Source of the DNA: a virus | Taxonomy: Duplodnaviria > Heunggongvirae > Uroviricota > Caudoviricetes | Strand: one strand, 5' to 3' | DNA length: 37,946 bases | IMG/VR virus record: IMGVR_UViG_3300025670_000002 | Part shown: one piece after another, positions 28,301 through 36,394 of the stretch | Numbering within the stretch: position 1 is the first letter of the stretch | Layout: each line of letters starts with the position of its first letter | The notes under the pieces: model-generated | What the model was told of the DNA's origin: nothing | Databases searched by the model: none | Seen by the model: the letters and a program-made list of their open reading frames with translations, nothing else | Program-made: the position numbers and the translations under genes

Positions 28301-30594
28301 TTACAGATCACGCACTCACCGTAACCAATCCAAATGTGTTTTACACTCGTAGTGAGAACTATGGTGAGATCAGTCAGGTTCAGGAGCTATCGGCGGCGTC
28401 TGAGCCAAGGGACAATGGCTTAGCTGCGGTAACGGTATCATGGAAAGCGCCTGCGTTTGGCAAATACGGCGGCGCAAAGGTTATATACAATGTCAATTCA
28501 CCATCAACATCAACTGATGTCATGGTGTCGTCTGGGTCATTTTCAACAACCATCGAAAACCTATCGGCTGGAGATAGCGTTTTTATAATAGTTGTGGCAA
28601 TTGACGAAGACGGTGTAATGGCTCCAATATCATCAGCGCCAAACATCTCAATCGTCGCGGGGCTGGGTAATTACAGAACTGCGTATTCGCACAGCGAGTT
28701 GAATGCGACGCCAAGGCTTCTACAGATAGCTCTTGACTGGGATATTGTTACATCAGATGACAACTCTCATACTGAGATTTGGTATTCGGACAGGAACTCT
28801 CACCCAGGTCAGACAGGATTTGCTGACTCGATCTACAATGCCACCCTATTGGGGTCAACAAATGGAAACTCGTTTGTTCATGATGGGGTATTTGGCACAA
28901 ATGAATATGCGTATTGGGTAAAAAGAGTAAACAAGGTTGGGTCAACCTCACTGGCATTTCCAGTGGGAAAGGGGGTTATTGCAACGCCTTTGACCAACTT
29001 CACTCAGCTTCTTACGGAGATGACGTCTGACTTCAAGGATAGCTCTCTGTGGGCCGATCTTATTGGGGGAACGTCGGGGCTTCTCTCTGCGACAGATGGC
29101 AGAATAAAAAAAATAAGAGATGATATTGACGCAAGTGCGGACGCCCTTCTTGAGAACGCCATGGCAAATGTCGCTCTAAGAGAAGATGTTATTGATGCAT
29201 ACGGAAGAATAAATATTTCCGACGAGAGAATTGATGACTTAAGCACTGACTCTGAGGGGGTTCTTAAGAGCGTTAAGATTCTTGCGCTTGAAAGTGCTGG
29301 AACTAGGGCGGCAATTGCAAGTGAGGCAATCGTAAGAATAAATGATGTGGAGGCAATAGCATCCGTTCTTAGAGTGATTGAGAACGCGGTAAATGACAAC
29401 AATGCGAGAATTGCAACCGAGGAAATAACAAGAGCATCAGACGCCACAGCTCTTGCGTCGAAAGTGATCTCAATAAGTGCGTCCACGGCAAATGCATCTT
29501 CCGAGATTTTACAAGAGGCGACAACAAGAGCGACAGAGGATCGGGCTCTAGCGCTGTTGATGAATAATCTTGCAATATCATTTGGCGACAGCAATGAGGC
29601 TGCGCAAACTCAGGAGGCATACGTTGTAAACGGTTACTGTGTTATTGATGGAAGTGTTGATCTCGCTCACTCTACGTCGAGTGCGTGTGCAGCCGCTGGA
29701 GGTCAGTGGAATGATGGGATAATGAATAAATACTCCATAAAAATGGAGACAGATATAAATGGCAAGAAATACATTGCTGGCTTTGGGCTTACTCAGGAGC
29801 CAAATGAAGCGGGCGGACTAACAAGTAACTTTGTTGTTCTTGCTGATAAGTTTGCAATAGCTGACGCAGCGAACCCAGGCTCAGACGTGCTTCCATTTAT
29901 GGTATCTGGCGGGGTTGTTTATATGAATAACGCCGTTATTAGAAATCTAACTGCTGATAATATAACTGCAAACTCAATATCAGGTGACAGAATAAAGGCG
30001 GGGACGTCAATAACCTCCCCAATCATTAATGCTGGCGTTCTTGAGTCTGGCATTATAAAGCTCGGGTCGACAATAGTTTACGGAAATACCGTATGGATTG
30101 ATTCAATCAGTAACTACGCGTATCCAGGAATGAGGGGGGCGTATGCAGGTAGTTACTTTTTCCCTTTTTACAATGGCGAGAGGCTTGCTGCTGATTTTGA
30201 AACACACAGTTCGTTGAAGATATATAGTCAAACAAGCAAAAGTGGGTATCTGGTTCAAGCTGGGGACAGATGGGTGATTATGAATCAGAGCAGGATTTCA
30301 AGCGGAACTCCCGTGACGATTACACTATCTGGCATAGCGGATCACTATGTATCAATATGGGTAAGAGTGTATTACTCGAACGGAGTTATGCTAAGTGAGC
30401 AGGCGATTGGGTTTGCATATACTCTTGCGGAATCGGGAATAAACGTATTCTCAATGACGATGGTTCATACGCCAACAATACCTGACGGTGGGTATTGCTA
30501 CTATGGCGCAAAGACGACAGATGTAACTGGCGATCTCTCAACGAGCGACACAACTCTGAGATGTATGATGACGGCTCAATTTACAAACTGGTAG
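25324..30594 (+). CDS. Central tail fibre / tip attachment protein (lambda gpJ-like, about 1756 aa)
   Basis: PIPIVYG, SNPAW...D, RANEIEVVYFD, FN3-like segments, helical stalk, and GKKYIAGFGL...LADKFAI...PFMVSGG. ATG 25324 preferred. Confidence 0.9.
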   Translation: MKEISSEIGKGIVLGNSGDSVTIIRFFDLIDPKRGVETEIVAHERGKTIADYLSADDLDYPIILSTSPIDQKDVALAIPAVGETITVCKAPQGGIIGAIVGAIASAVVELGVIGVIQVITTVASVVSAIVGALQTPDELPDSEDRKSYGYKGAVNTRTEDIPIPIVYGTYRVGGNVVGIKVANVTNEIQELHLMMCVNDGEIGSISDVHVNGQVIENSRNWTWAYTLGNDKGFSQGIGWDVIKRHDGTSHVDTLHETGDVPNFNDSATTVAVGTTLSDGSFVEFTTSKTVNAVAVNIEAPGGIYKVSKKGDIEEHSVPITAQYRLSGSTGEWLDMSISADNWASNTGDLGAAGANNVYVINGIGTDRFTDESSQFAIRMATPIGDLANDIVVENQNAGDLIMGSYGSMGFYGSVGKDIYVFEVFDLSTGLPVSKALTEGKTVNYGSSSLLWELNDITSKTVVEQIKQPPGQGIRLIGYRSMSLFNTGYYRVFNDVTGQLDVIESKLVGSVRNALFWTFRSRNLSEGIYDVRVKRDSPEDSSTKIGDTIKLSSVSEIETERPNYSGTAMFGVKLQMSEVFSGMPDVSYLVNGRKVRVWNGSSWVFETSSNPAWTTLDMLTGSAGSGMSDDMISMETFVSWADFCTENNLTFDAIVETQSTVWDSIQPVLVAGHAQIVNSGTRYGIVINRADIPVMLFGDGNVVVDTMSETWLPTSERANEIEVVYFDKDDRYRRKVVKVFDSQTVDADRVSAQIIMLGVTDRKIAEKEAYFRLNQNKFITKSISFSSTIESIACGVGDIINVKATGTKWSTSGRVAGEAASNLVSIGEVFMYDQAVIDEGARYKIAVISSNALLLSTTVSSSDGSVVFLQSAISSSRKAKRVIVNGTNEYEIYGQSANSISVKSPFFISSGDSVEIYSTDVTMVNEIDHVASEGSEFVKLVGNLEYPVSEGCVWVTGVNQEITGQYRITDVAATDDPMYRDITATEYKDEMYLFTDHALTVTNPNVFYTRSENYGEISQVQELSAASEPRDNGLAAVTVSWKAPAFGKYGGAKVIYNVNSPSTSTDVMVSSGSFSTTIENLSAGDSVFIIVVAIDEDGVMAPISSAPNISIVAGLGNYRTAYSHSELNATPRLLQIALDWDIVTSDDNSHTEIWYSDRNSHPGQTGFADSIYNATLLGSTNGNSFVHDGVFGTNEYAYWVKRVNKVGSTSLAFPVGKGVIATPLTNFTQLLTEMTSDFKDSSLWADLIGGTSGLLSATDGRIKKIRDDIDASADALLENAMANVALREDVIDAYGRINISDERIDDLSTDSEGVLKSVKILALESAGTRAAIASEAIVRINDVEAIASVLRVIENAVNDNNARIATEEITRASDATALASKVISISASTANASSEILQEATTRATEDRALALLMNNLAISFGDSNEAAQTQEAYVVNGYCVIDGSVDLAHSTSSACAAAGGQWNDGIMNKYSIKMETDINGKKYIAGFGLTQEPNEAGGLTSNFVVLADKFAIADAANPGSDVLPFMVSGGVVYMNNAVIRNLTADNITANSISGDRIKAGTSITSPIINAGVLESGIIKLGSTIVYGNTVWIDSISNYAYPGMRGAYAGSYFFPFYNGERLAADFETHSSLKIYSQTSKSGYLVQAGDRWVIMNQSRISSGTPVTITLSGIADHYVSIWVRVYYSNGVMLSEQAIGFAYTLAESGINVFSMTMVHTPTIPDGGYCYYGAKTTDVTGDLSTSDTTLRCMMTAQFTNW

Positions 30595-30603
30595 GGTGAA
30601 AAA

Positions 30604-31185
30604 ATGAAGTATTTGCACAGAAGTAAAAGAGGCGAGGCTCAGGTATTGGACTTCGAGGTTACTAACGACCCTCTTGTTGAGTTCATCAGAGAGATTAGTG
30701 ATGGCGCAGCGGCGTTAATACCAAAATCATCGGCAGAATCAAGGACTATTGTTCGCGATGACGGCAGCATTGAGATAGTTAATGACGGTAGATCAATGCC
30801 CGAAGCATTAAAATCGGCGGAGATGGATATAAATAACGCCGCAGGCAAGGTTAGATCGAAATATATAACGACAACCAGCGGACAAAGCTTGGTTTATGCC
30901 GAAAAACTGGCAAACGCGAACCTATATATATCTGACGTAAATTCTGGAGCGCCTTTGCCTGACATACATTACGAGTGGATATATGCCGAATCGCAAGCAA
31001 CGGGGCTGGGTATGCTAGCTGCGGCAAACTCAATACTTGATGCGGCCAATTCATTTAGATCGGTGGGTGTTGCCATTGAGAAGAAAAGAATGTCAGCACT
31101 GTCGTTGGTGAAACAGGCGGAAACCGATGAGGTTTTGAGAGAGGTGGTCAGAAATGGTATTTTCAACCTGCTTTCTATGTTATAA
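30604..31185 (+). CDS. Tail fibre-associated / assembly protein
   Basis: VRSKYIT...QSLVYAEK...WIYAESQATG...IEKKRMSAL resembles a common fibre-adjacent family. Confidence 0.5.
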   Translation: MKYLHRSKRGEAQVLDFEVTNDPLVEFIREISDGAAALIPKSSAESRTIVRDDGSIEIVNDGRSMPEALKSAEMDINNAAGKVRSKYITTTSGQSLVYAEKLANANLYISDVNSGAPLPDIHYEWIYAESQATGLGMLAAANSILDAANSFRSVGVAIEKKRMSALSLVKQAETDEVLREVVRNGIFNLLSML

Positions 31186-31203
31186 TCAGTCACTTATGAC
31201 TTA
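31186..31203 (-). promoter_or_regulatory. 18-bp palindromic operator-like site, copy 9
   Basis: Plus strand TCAGTCA-CTTA-TGACTTA (minus strand TAAGTCA-TAAG-TGACTGA), upstream of the side-fibre gene. Confidence 0.7.
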
Positions 31204-31219
31204 CTATTTGGATTGATGG

Positions 31220-32107
31220 ATGAGCTGGTATAGAACGGGAACGATTTCGGTGACAGATCAGAGTGCAGTTGTTACAGGTTTTGGAACAATGTGGCTATCT
31301 GACGTTCGAGCTGGCGACATATTTATATTTGAAGACAAGATGTATGAGGTTTTGACAGTTGATTCGGATACTCAGATGACACTGCATACTGTTTATACAG
31401 GAACAACGGCTTCCGCTCAGACGTATGCAATTGTTATAAATTACAACAGAACGACAAATGCAACCATAGCTCAGAAAATATCCAATCTTGTGAACTCATG
31501 GATAAAGAAGGACTCTGAATTTGGGAACTGGGCGTCTGGAAGTGCAACTGGCGGAACGAACTCGGATGGTCTTTATGACATCACAAACTCAGATGGATCG
31601 GTATCAAACATCCCAAGTCCAGAGAAAATTGCATCAATGGCATCGGCTGGGCAAGCGCCCATTGTTCCAGGCAGCGCAAATGCGATTGTCAAATCAAACT
31701 CGAATGGCTCTGTTGTTAGAAGTGGAGTTACGATTGACGCAGATAATGGTGTTGATGGTATGACAATAGGTGGTCACAAGTATAGGGTGGGAAATAGCCC
31801 TGTTGTGGGTGGAGTCGCAGAGCTTGATGCCGCAACTGGGTCTGTTTTTTCTGTTGATATTGGCGCAACTCCATTTTCAAGTATAGCTATGAAGTCGGTT
31901 ACTGGCGCAAGAAGCTTTATGCTCGACATTTCAAATACGGGAAGTGCAAATGCCGACGTAAGTATATTTCCAGCAAACTCAGGGTGGAATGATGGGGTTC
32001 AGCCGTCAATTACGGTGAGAGTTGGTGGGTTCGTCTCTCTTGGCTTTTACACACTTGATGGCGGGCTGTCATACAGATGGTATCAAACGATACCAAATGG
32101 AGGGTAG
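31220..32107 (+). CDS. Short side tail fibre / adaptor protein
   Basis: MSWYRTGTISVT...VTGFGTMW...VRAGD virion-attachment N-terminus and a beta-rich C-terminal domain (FPANSGWNDGVQPSIT...LGFYTLDGG). Confidence 0.7.
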   Translation: MSWYRTGTISVTDQSAVVTGFGTMWLSDVRAGDIFIFEDKMYEVLTVDSDTQMTLHTVYTGTTASAQTYAIVINYNRTTNATIAQKISNLVNSWIKKDSEFGNWASGSATGGTNSDGLYDITNSDGSVSNIPSPEKIASMASAGQAPIVPGSANAIVKSNSNGSVVRSGVTIDADNGVDGMTIGGHKYRVGNSPVVGGVAELDAATGSVFSVDIGATPFSSIAMKSVTGARSFMLDISNTGSANADVSIFPANSGWNDGVQPSITVRVGGFVSLGFYTLDGGLSYRWYQTIPNGG

Positions 32108-32111
32108 ATAG

Positions 32112-32339
32112 TTGATTGTTCGCTCTGGGGGTGAGGTTGAAAAGCAGAAGCCATCGGCACTGTCTGTCTTTTCAACTGCATTTGAAAAAAGTGCGATGGA
32201 TGGCTTTGCGGTAACAATTGTCGATACGCCTGGCGCTGGCGGAGCTGTTATTGCGCTTGAGATAGCGACGGAAGGCGGTGACGCAATAACGTCGGAAGTG
32301 GGAAATGGGCTAATTACAGAGGCGCTGGTTATTTTATGA
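32112..32339 (+). CDS. Small hypothetical protein with TE-G repeat motif
   Basis: 75 aa ending IATEGGDAITSEVGNGLITEA. TTG start with a weak RBS. Confidence 0.45.
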   Translation: MIVRSGGEVEKQKPSALSVFSTAFEKSAMDGFAVTIVDTPGAGGAVIALEIATEGGDAITSEVGNGLITEALVIL

Positions 32340-32360
32340 TTAAGATGAGGGGATTTTAGA

Positions 32361-32681
32361 ATGCCAGAGAGAGTGGTAAATGAGGCGCAAATTTGGTTTG
32401 ACGAGGTTTTGTGGTCGGTAGTGGCTATGTTTCTTATGGGGTCAATGGCGAGAACATTCGTAAGTGAAGAGCCGTTTGACTGTAAAAAGTTTTTTGGCGA
32501 GCTTCTCTTTTCAACAATCGGCGCAGTAATAATGTATTCGGCTGGTCTGATGCAGGGTATGACAGAGATTCAGATCGTAGGGTTTGGGGCGATGGCAAGT
32601 CTAGGTGGCGTAAGAATGTTTGAGTGGTTTATGAAAATTGCCAAGGGTGTTAGAAAATCTGGAGCTTTTGATGCCGACTAG
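32361..32681 (+). CDS. Holin
   Basis: 106 aa with about three hydrophobic helices and a basic C-terminus; first gene of the lysis cassette. Confidence 0.7.
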   Translation: MPERVVNEAQIWFDEVLWSVVAMFLMGSMARTFVSEEPFDCKKFFGELLFSTIGAVIMYSAGLMQGMTEIQIVGFGAMASLGGVRMFEWFMKIAKGVRKSGAFDAD

Positions 32682-32886
32682 CGAATGTCTGGAAAGAGCA
32701 AACGGCAAGTTCACATCGAGAAAGTGGATTGGCTTTTTGCTGTTTGGTGCATCGGCGTCGGTAATGCTGTTGCTTGACAAAATAACCGGTCAGCAGTGGG
32801 TAGATTCATCAATGTGGGCATTCGTAATATTTGCAGGAGCAAACGCTGCATCAAAGTTTCCATCAATTACAGGTAAAAAGACATGA
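32671..32886 (+). CDS. Small two-TM membrane protein (holin/antiholin-like)
   Basis: KFTSRKWIGFLLFG...ITGQQWV...FVIFAGANAASK. ATG 32671 after GGAG. Confidence 0.55.
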   Translation: MPTSECLERANGKFTSRKWIGFLLFGASASVMLLLDKITGQQWVDSSMWAFVIFAGANAASKFPSITGKKT

Positions 32887-33374
32887 CTTCGGTAGAAGAT
32901 ATTTATCCGAGTGATTTTAGCAGATGGGAATTTGTTGAGTCACACACGGCAAGCTACATGGGCATAGACAATACACCTAGATTTGGCATTGTTGAGCTAA
33001 ACATGGTCAATATGGCTCACGCGCTTCAAAAAATAAGAAGCACTATATTTATGAATACGGGTGCCGAGAGATCAATTTCCATTACATCTGGGTTCAGATG
33101 TCAGGGCTTGAATGACGAAATAACAAAGGTCACTGGTTCTAAGTCAAGACATATAAGCGGCCTTGCTGCTGACATAAGAGTTGCCGGCATGAGTCCAGAA
33201 GAGGTTATTGATTTCGTAAAGGATCGAATGCCTGATTTTAGATTTCACAAGATGATAAATGAATACGACAGTTGGGTTCACATATCGTTCCCTCATGTCG
33301 GCGAGGCAGCTCTTTGCAAGTTCATGAATGCCAAAAAAGAGAATGGAAAAACGATTTATGAACTTGTTGATTAG
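32883..33374 (+). CDS. Endolysin, peptidase M15 family (Zn)
   Basis: ITSGFRCQGLN, SRHISGLAADI (His, Asp), WVHIS (His). Confidence 0.88.
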   Translation: MTSVEDIYPSDFSRWEFVESHTASYMGIDNTPRFGIVELNMVNMAHALQKIRSTIFMNTGAERSISITSGFRCQGLNDEITKVTGSKSRHISGLAADIRVAGMSPEEVIDFVKDRMPDFRFHKMINEYDSWVHISFPHVGEAALCKFMNAKKENGKTIYELVD

Positions 33375-33921
33375 AGCGGCATCTGCCGTTGCTGGACTGA
33401 GAGGGACTTCAATGATGATCGCTGTCGTTGCCGTCGTTAGTTTTGGCGCTGGAACATACGCAGGTGGAAAAGCGTTTTCGGTAGTTTCTGATGCAAAACA
33501 GACGAACGCTCTAAAACAGTCTCTAAGCGAAGAAAAGATTAAGTTGCGGGAATTAGCTGACAGAAGTAGAAAACGGGAAGCAAGAGCGACAGACAGTCTC
33601 TCAAAGATGACCCTACAGCTAGACTCAATAAGAAATGAAACTGTAACTCAGAAAACAGAGGTAATTAGGTATGTCAAAGTTAATAAAGACTGCAATATTT
33701 CTAATGGCGCTGTCAGGGTGCTCAATGAAGCCAGAACTGGTAATTCGGGATTGCCCAGAGCCACCGAGCTTTCTACTGAAGTTGAGCGATCCGCTTCCGC
33801 CATTGGACAGCGAGATGAGATTGAAGCACATGTCGAATGTGGAAACGAGTATAGAAAGTTAGCAGCAAGACATGATGCATTGGTTAATTGGGTAAGTATC
33901 CCAGAAGAAAAAGATGATTGA
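33358..33921 (+). CDS. Inner-membrane spanin (Rz-like)
   Basis: N-terminal TM (MMIAVVAVVSFGAG), coiled coil, and two C-terminal Cys. ATG 33358 preferred. Confidence 0.75.
   Translation: MNLLIRAASAVAGLRGTSMMIAVVAVVSFGAGTYAGGKAFSVVSDAKQTNALKQSLSEEKIKLRELADRSRKREARATDSLSKMTLQLDSIRNETVTQKTEVIRYVKVNKDCNISNGAVRVLNEARTGNSGLPRATELSTEVERSASAIGQRDEIEAHVECGNEYRKLAARHDALVNWVSIPEEKDD
33671..33862 (+). CDS. Outer-membrane spanin lipoprotein (Rz1-like), embedded in the i-spanin gene
   Basis: Lipobox LSG-C and Pro-rich CPEPP...PLPP, in a different frame inside the Rz-like gene. Confidence 0.8.
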   Translation: MSKLIKTAIFLMALSGCSMKPELVIRDCPEPPSFLLKLSDPLPPLDSEMRLKHMSNVETSIES

Positions 33922-33935
33922 TGTGGCTGCAAATA

Positions 33936-33953
33936 GTAAGTCACTACTTATTT
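33936..33953 (-). promoter_or_regulatory. 18-bp palindromic operator-like site, copy 10 (degenerate)
   Basis: Minus strand TAAATAA-GTAG-TGACTTA, same spacer as copy 1, upstream of the post-lysis gene cluster. Confidence 0.5.
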
Positions 33954-33977
33954 ATTAATATTAGAGGTTAGAATTAA

Positions 33978-34250
33978 GTGAATATTTTTACAAACCAGAC
34001 GATCGATGGCGTAAGTGAGTCGCTTCATCACAATGGGGGTGACATTGCCATCTTCATTTGGGGGGCGTTCGGAGGGGGGTCGGTGTCTATCGAAGTTCTT
34101 ACTCCAGATGGATCAGCGTGGATTCCAATTCTTGATGACGTATGGACTGAGGCATCTGTAAAGGTTGTGAATATTCCACCTTCGAGATTTAGACTTTCGC
34201 TATCAGGATCAACTGGCGCATCAGTAATGGCTGAATTAAGTGGGTATTAG
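33978..34250 (+). CDS. Small beta-rich hypothetical protein (probable virion component)
   Basis: 90 aa, WGAFGGGSVSIEV.TPDGSAW...RFRLSLSG. GTG start after GAGG. Confidence 0.55.
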   Translation: MNIFTNQTIDGVSESLHHNGGDIAIFIWGAFGGGSVSIEVLTPDGSAWIPILDDVWTEASVKVVNIPPSRFRLSLSGSTGASVMAELSGY

Positions 34251-34252
34251 CA

Positions 34253-34387
34253 GTGAGTGCGATAAGAAGTGTATTTGTTTCGATAATCTCCCAAGTGACT
34301 ACATCAGCAGCTGCACTTCTGTCGCTTCTGGTCACAGAGAGTGGAGATCAGATAGTAACGGAGTCACTTGATGACATTAGCATTTAG
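34253..34387 (+). CDS. 44-aa protein with TE-G motif, not in the ORF track
   Basis: GTG...TAG reads MSAIRSVFVSIISQVTTSAAALLSLLVTESGDQIVTESLDDISI and fills the gap exactly between its neighbours. Confidence 0.5.
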   Translation: MSAIRSVFVSIISQVTTSAAALLSLLVTESGDQIVTESLDDISI

Positions 34388-34402
34388 AAAAGAGGATATT
34401 AG

Positions 34403-34858
34403 ATGCCAGCTGTAAGAATATCTGAGCTACCGTCTGTGACAGTTATCGACAAAATTAGCGCGTCGATAATTGTTCAGGCGGGGGTTACAAAAAATGCATC
34501 AAAGGGTGACTTCGTTAAAGATCAGGAACTAAGTTCCCACACCCAAGCGATAAAAAATCACGGCACAGTATTGTCGGGAACGGTTACACCAGCTTGCTCT
34601 GTTGATTGTAACGCGCATGTAATTGATGTGGGTGGCGCAATTGTGCTTGCTACACCAAGCGCAACATTGATTGCTGGGCAAATGGTAACGGGAACTATTG
34701 AGTTGCTTGGTGGCGATGTAAATGCGGTTACTTTTGATGCGAATTATGACTGGGGTGCAGCGGGTGCGCCAACATTGACAGCAAAATCACTTATCGGTTT
34801 TTCAAGAAAGTTTGGTGACGTAAAAACAGCGGCTTGGCATATAGGAGGGTTTTCATAA
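34403..34858 (+). CDS. RISELP-type putative fibre adaptor protein (paralog 1, N-terminal module only)
   Basis: MPAVRISELP start and a beta domain (SGTVTP...VTFDANYDWG...FGDVKT) homologous to the N-half of 36381-37727. Confidence 0.7.
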   Translation: MPAVRISELPSVTVIDKISASIIVQAGVTKNASKGDFVKDQELSSHTQAIKNHGTVLSGTVTPACSVDCNAHVIDVGGAIVLATPSATLIAGQMVTGTIELLGGDVNAVTFDANYDWGAAGAPTLTAKSLIGFSRKFGDVKTAAWHIGGFS

Positions 34859-35751
34859 TGTTGGCTCATAGATTGATTTCTCAAAAGGGTGTTGTGAGTG
34901 GTGGTGGACAATCCCCCTCTGGTTATTGGGGTGGGGGTTTTGATGGCGCAGCTTATCAATCAACAATTGATGGCATTCAATTTTCAGACGAAACAGCAAT
35001 TAACCCAGCAGCAGTATTAAGTGTTGCTAGGTATTATTTAGCAGGCGTTTCCTCCCCAGATAAAGGCTATTTTGGTGGGGGTCATGATGGCAACAACTTA
35101 TCAACTATTGATGGTATTCAATTTTCAGATGAAACGGCAATCAACCCAGCAGCAGTATTAAGCGCTGCTAGACGCAATTTAGCAGGCGTTTCTTCACCAG
35201 ATAAAGGTTATTTTGGTGGGGGTTATGATGGCGTAAACTTATCAGCAATTGATGGCATAAACTTCACAACAGAGGTGGCAATTAACCCAGCAGCTACATT
35301 AAGCGTTGCTAGAGGCTATTTAGCAGGCGTTTCTTCACCAGATAAAGGTTATTTTGGTGGGGGTTATGATGGCGCTTACTCATCAACAATTGATGGAATT
35401 AATTTCACAACAGAGGCAGCAATTAATCCAGCAGCGGTATTAAGTGTTGCCAGAGGCTATTTGGCGGGCGTTTCCTCATCAGACAAAGGTTATTTTGGTG
35501 GGGGTCATGATGGTGCAAACTTATCAACAATTGATGGCATCAACTTCACTACAGAAGCAGCAATTAACCCAACAGCAGTATTAAGTGTTGCTAGAAATGC
35601 TTTAGCAGGCGTTTCTTCGCCAGACAAAGGGTATTTTGGTGGGGGCTATGGCACAACAAATCTAATTGACGGTATTGACTTTACAACAGAGACGGCTATT
35701 AATCCAGCAGCAGTATTAAGCGCTGCTAGATATGCTTTAGCAGGAGTATAA
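34858..35751 (+). CDS. Six-bladed kelch-like beta-propeller protein 1 (297 aa)
   Basis: Six GYFGGG...STIDG.F...AINPAA.LS.AR..LAGVSSPDK repeats. ATG overlaps the upstream stop (TAATG), with RBS GGAGG. Confidence 0.8.
   Translation: MLAHRLISQKGVVSGGGQSPSGYWGGGFDGAAYQSTIDGIQFSDETAINPAAVLSVARYYLAGVSSPDKGYFGGGHDGNNLSTIDGIQFSDETAINPAAVLSAARRNLAGVSSPDKGYFGGGYDGVNLSAIDGINFTTEVAINPAATLSVARGYLAGVSSPDKGYFGGGYDGAYSSTIDGINFTTEAAINPAAVLSVARGYLAGVSSSDKGYFGGGHDGANLSTIDGINFTTEAAINPTAVLSVARNALAGVSSPDKGYFGGGYGTTNLIDGIDFTTETAINPAAVLSAARYALAGV
34921..35748 (+). repeat. Six tandem ~141-bp coding repeats
   Basis: Units start at 34921, 35065, 35206, 35347, 35488 and 35629. Confidence 0.95.
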
Positions 35752-35755
35752 AATT

Positions 35756-36394
35756 ATGAATAAAAATACAGATAAAATATTAACAGAATTAGAAGAAGCT
35801 TTTTACGACATCCCTTTTGAAAACTCAGATTTTCAAAACAAGTCATTCGTAATGCAATCCCAACAAACTCCAGCAAGGGCTTATAGAGCCATTGGCTTGA
35901 GAATGTTTAGCAAGCTTCAGGCAATTAACGAACTTAAATACGGGCGGGAAACCGAAGATATTGATATTGAGGAAATGCGGGAGCAAATTGCCGATCCAGA
36001 TTTCAATAAATTTGAAAAGCGCAGACTTGATGTGAAAATCAGGCAAAAGCTTGAGCAAAGAAATTACACAAACAAGCTACTTAATGATGCAATCCATGAG
36101 TTGAACTTCTTACATAACGAGTTTGCCCAACTTCCTAAGTATTCAAGAGAAACTTTTGAGTTGGAAGAAAGAGCGCACTTTACAAATAAGCTAGCTTTAC
36201 AGGTTCAATCATCACAACTGGGTGGTGCGTCGGGTTCTTATGAGTCACTGGCTCACATGACGCCAGAAGCATCAAGCGGTTTTGCAGAAATGGTTGAAAA
36301 GGTAAATAGTGGTCAACCATTGTTAGGTGCAGATATTCACCCAATGCGGGCGGCTGGGCTGGAATTCAACAGGAAGAATAATGGCGATAGTTAA
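35756..36394 (+). CDS. Coiled-coil hypothetical protein between the propeller genes
   Basis: 212 aa, helical and charged (TPARAYRAIGL...DAIHELNFL...YSRETFELEE). No function recognised. Confidence 0.65.
   Translation: MNKNTDKILTELEEAFYDIPFENSDFQNKSFVMQSQQTPARAYRAIGLRMFSKLQAINELKYGRETEDIDIEEMREQIADPDFNKFEKRRLDVKIRQKLEQRNYTNKLLNDAIHELNFLHNEFAQLPKYSRETFELEERAHFTNKLALQVQSSQLGGASGSYESLAHMTPEASSGFAEMVEKVNSGQPLLGADIHPMRAAGLEFNRKNNGDS

Noticed and set aside
34403-35751. Frameshifted pseudogene of the fused adhesin
   Set aside because: The second part has its own RBS (GGAGG), a TAATG coupling and a distinct leader not homologous to the fused linker, which fits a genuine two-gene arrangement.
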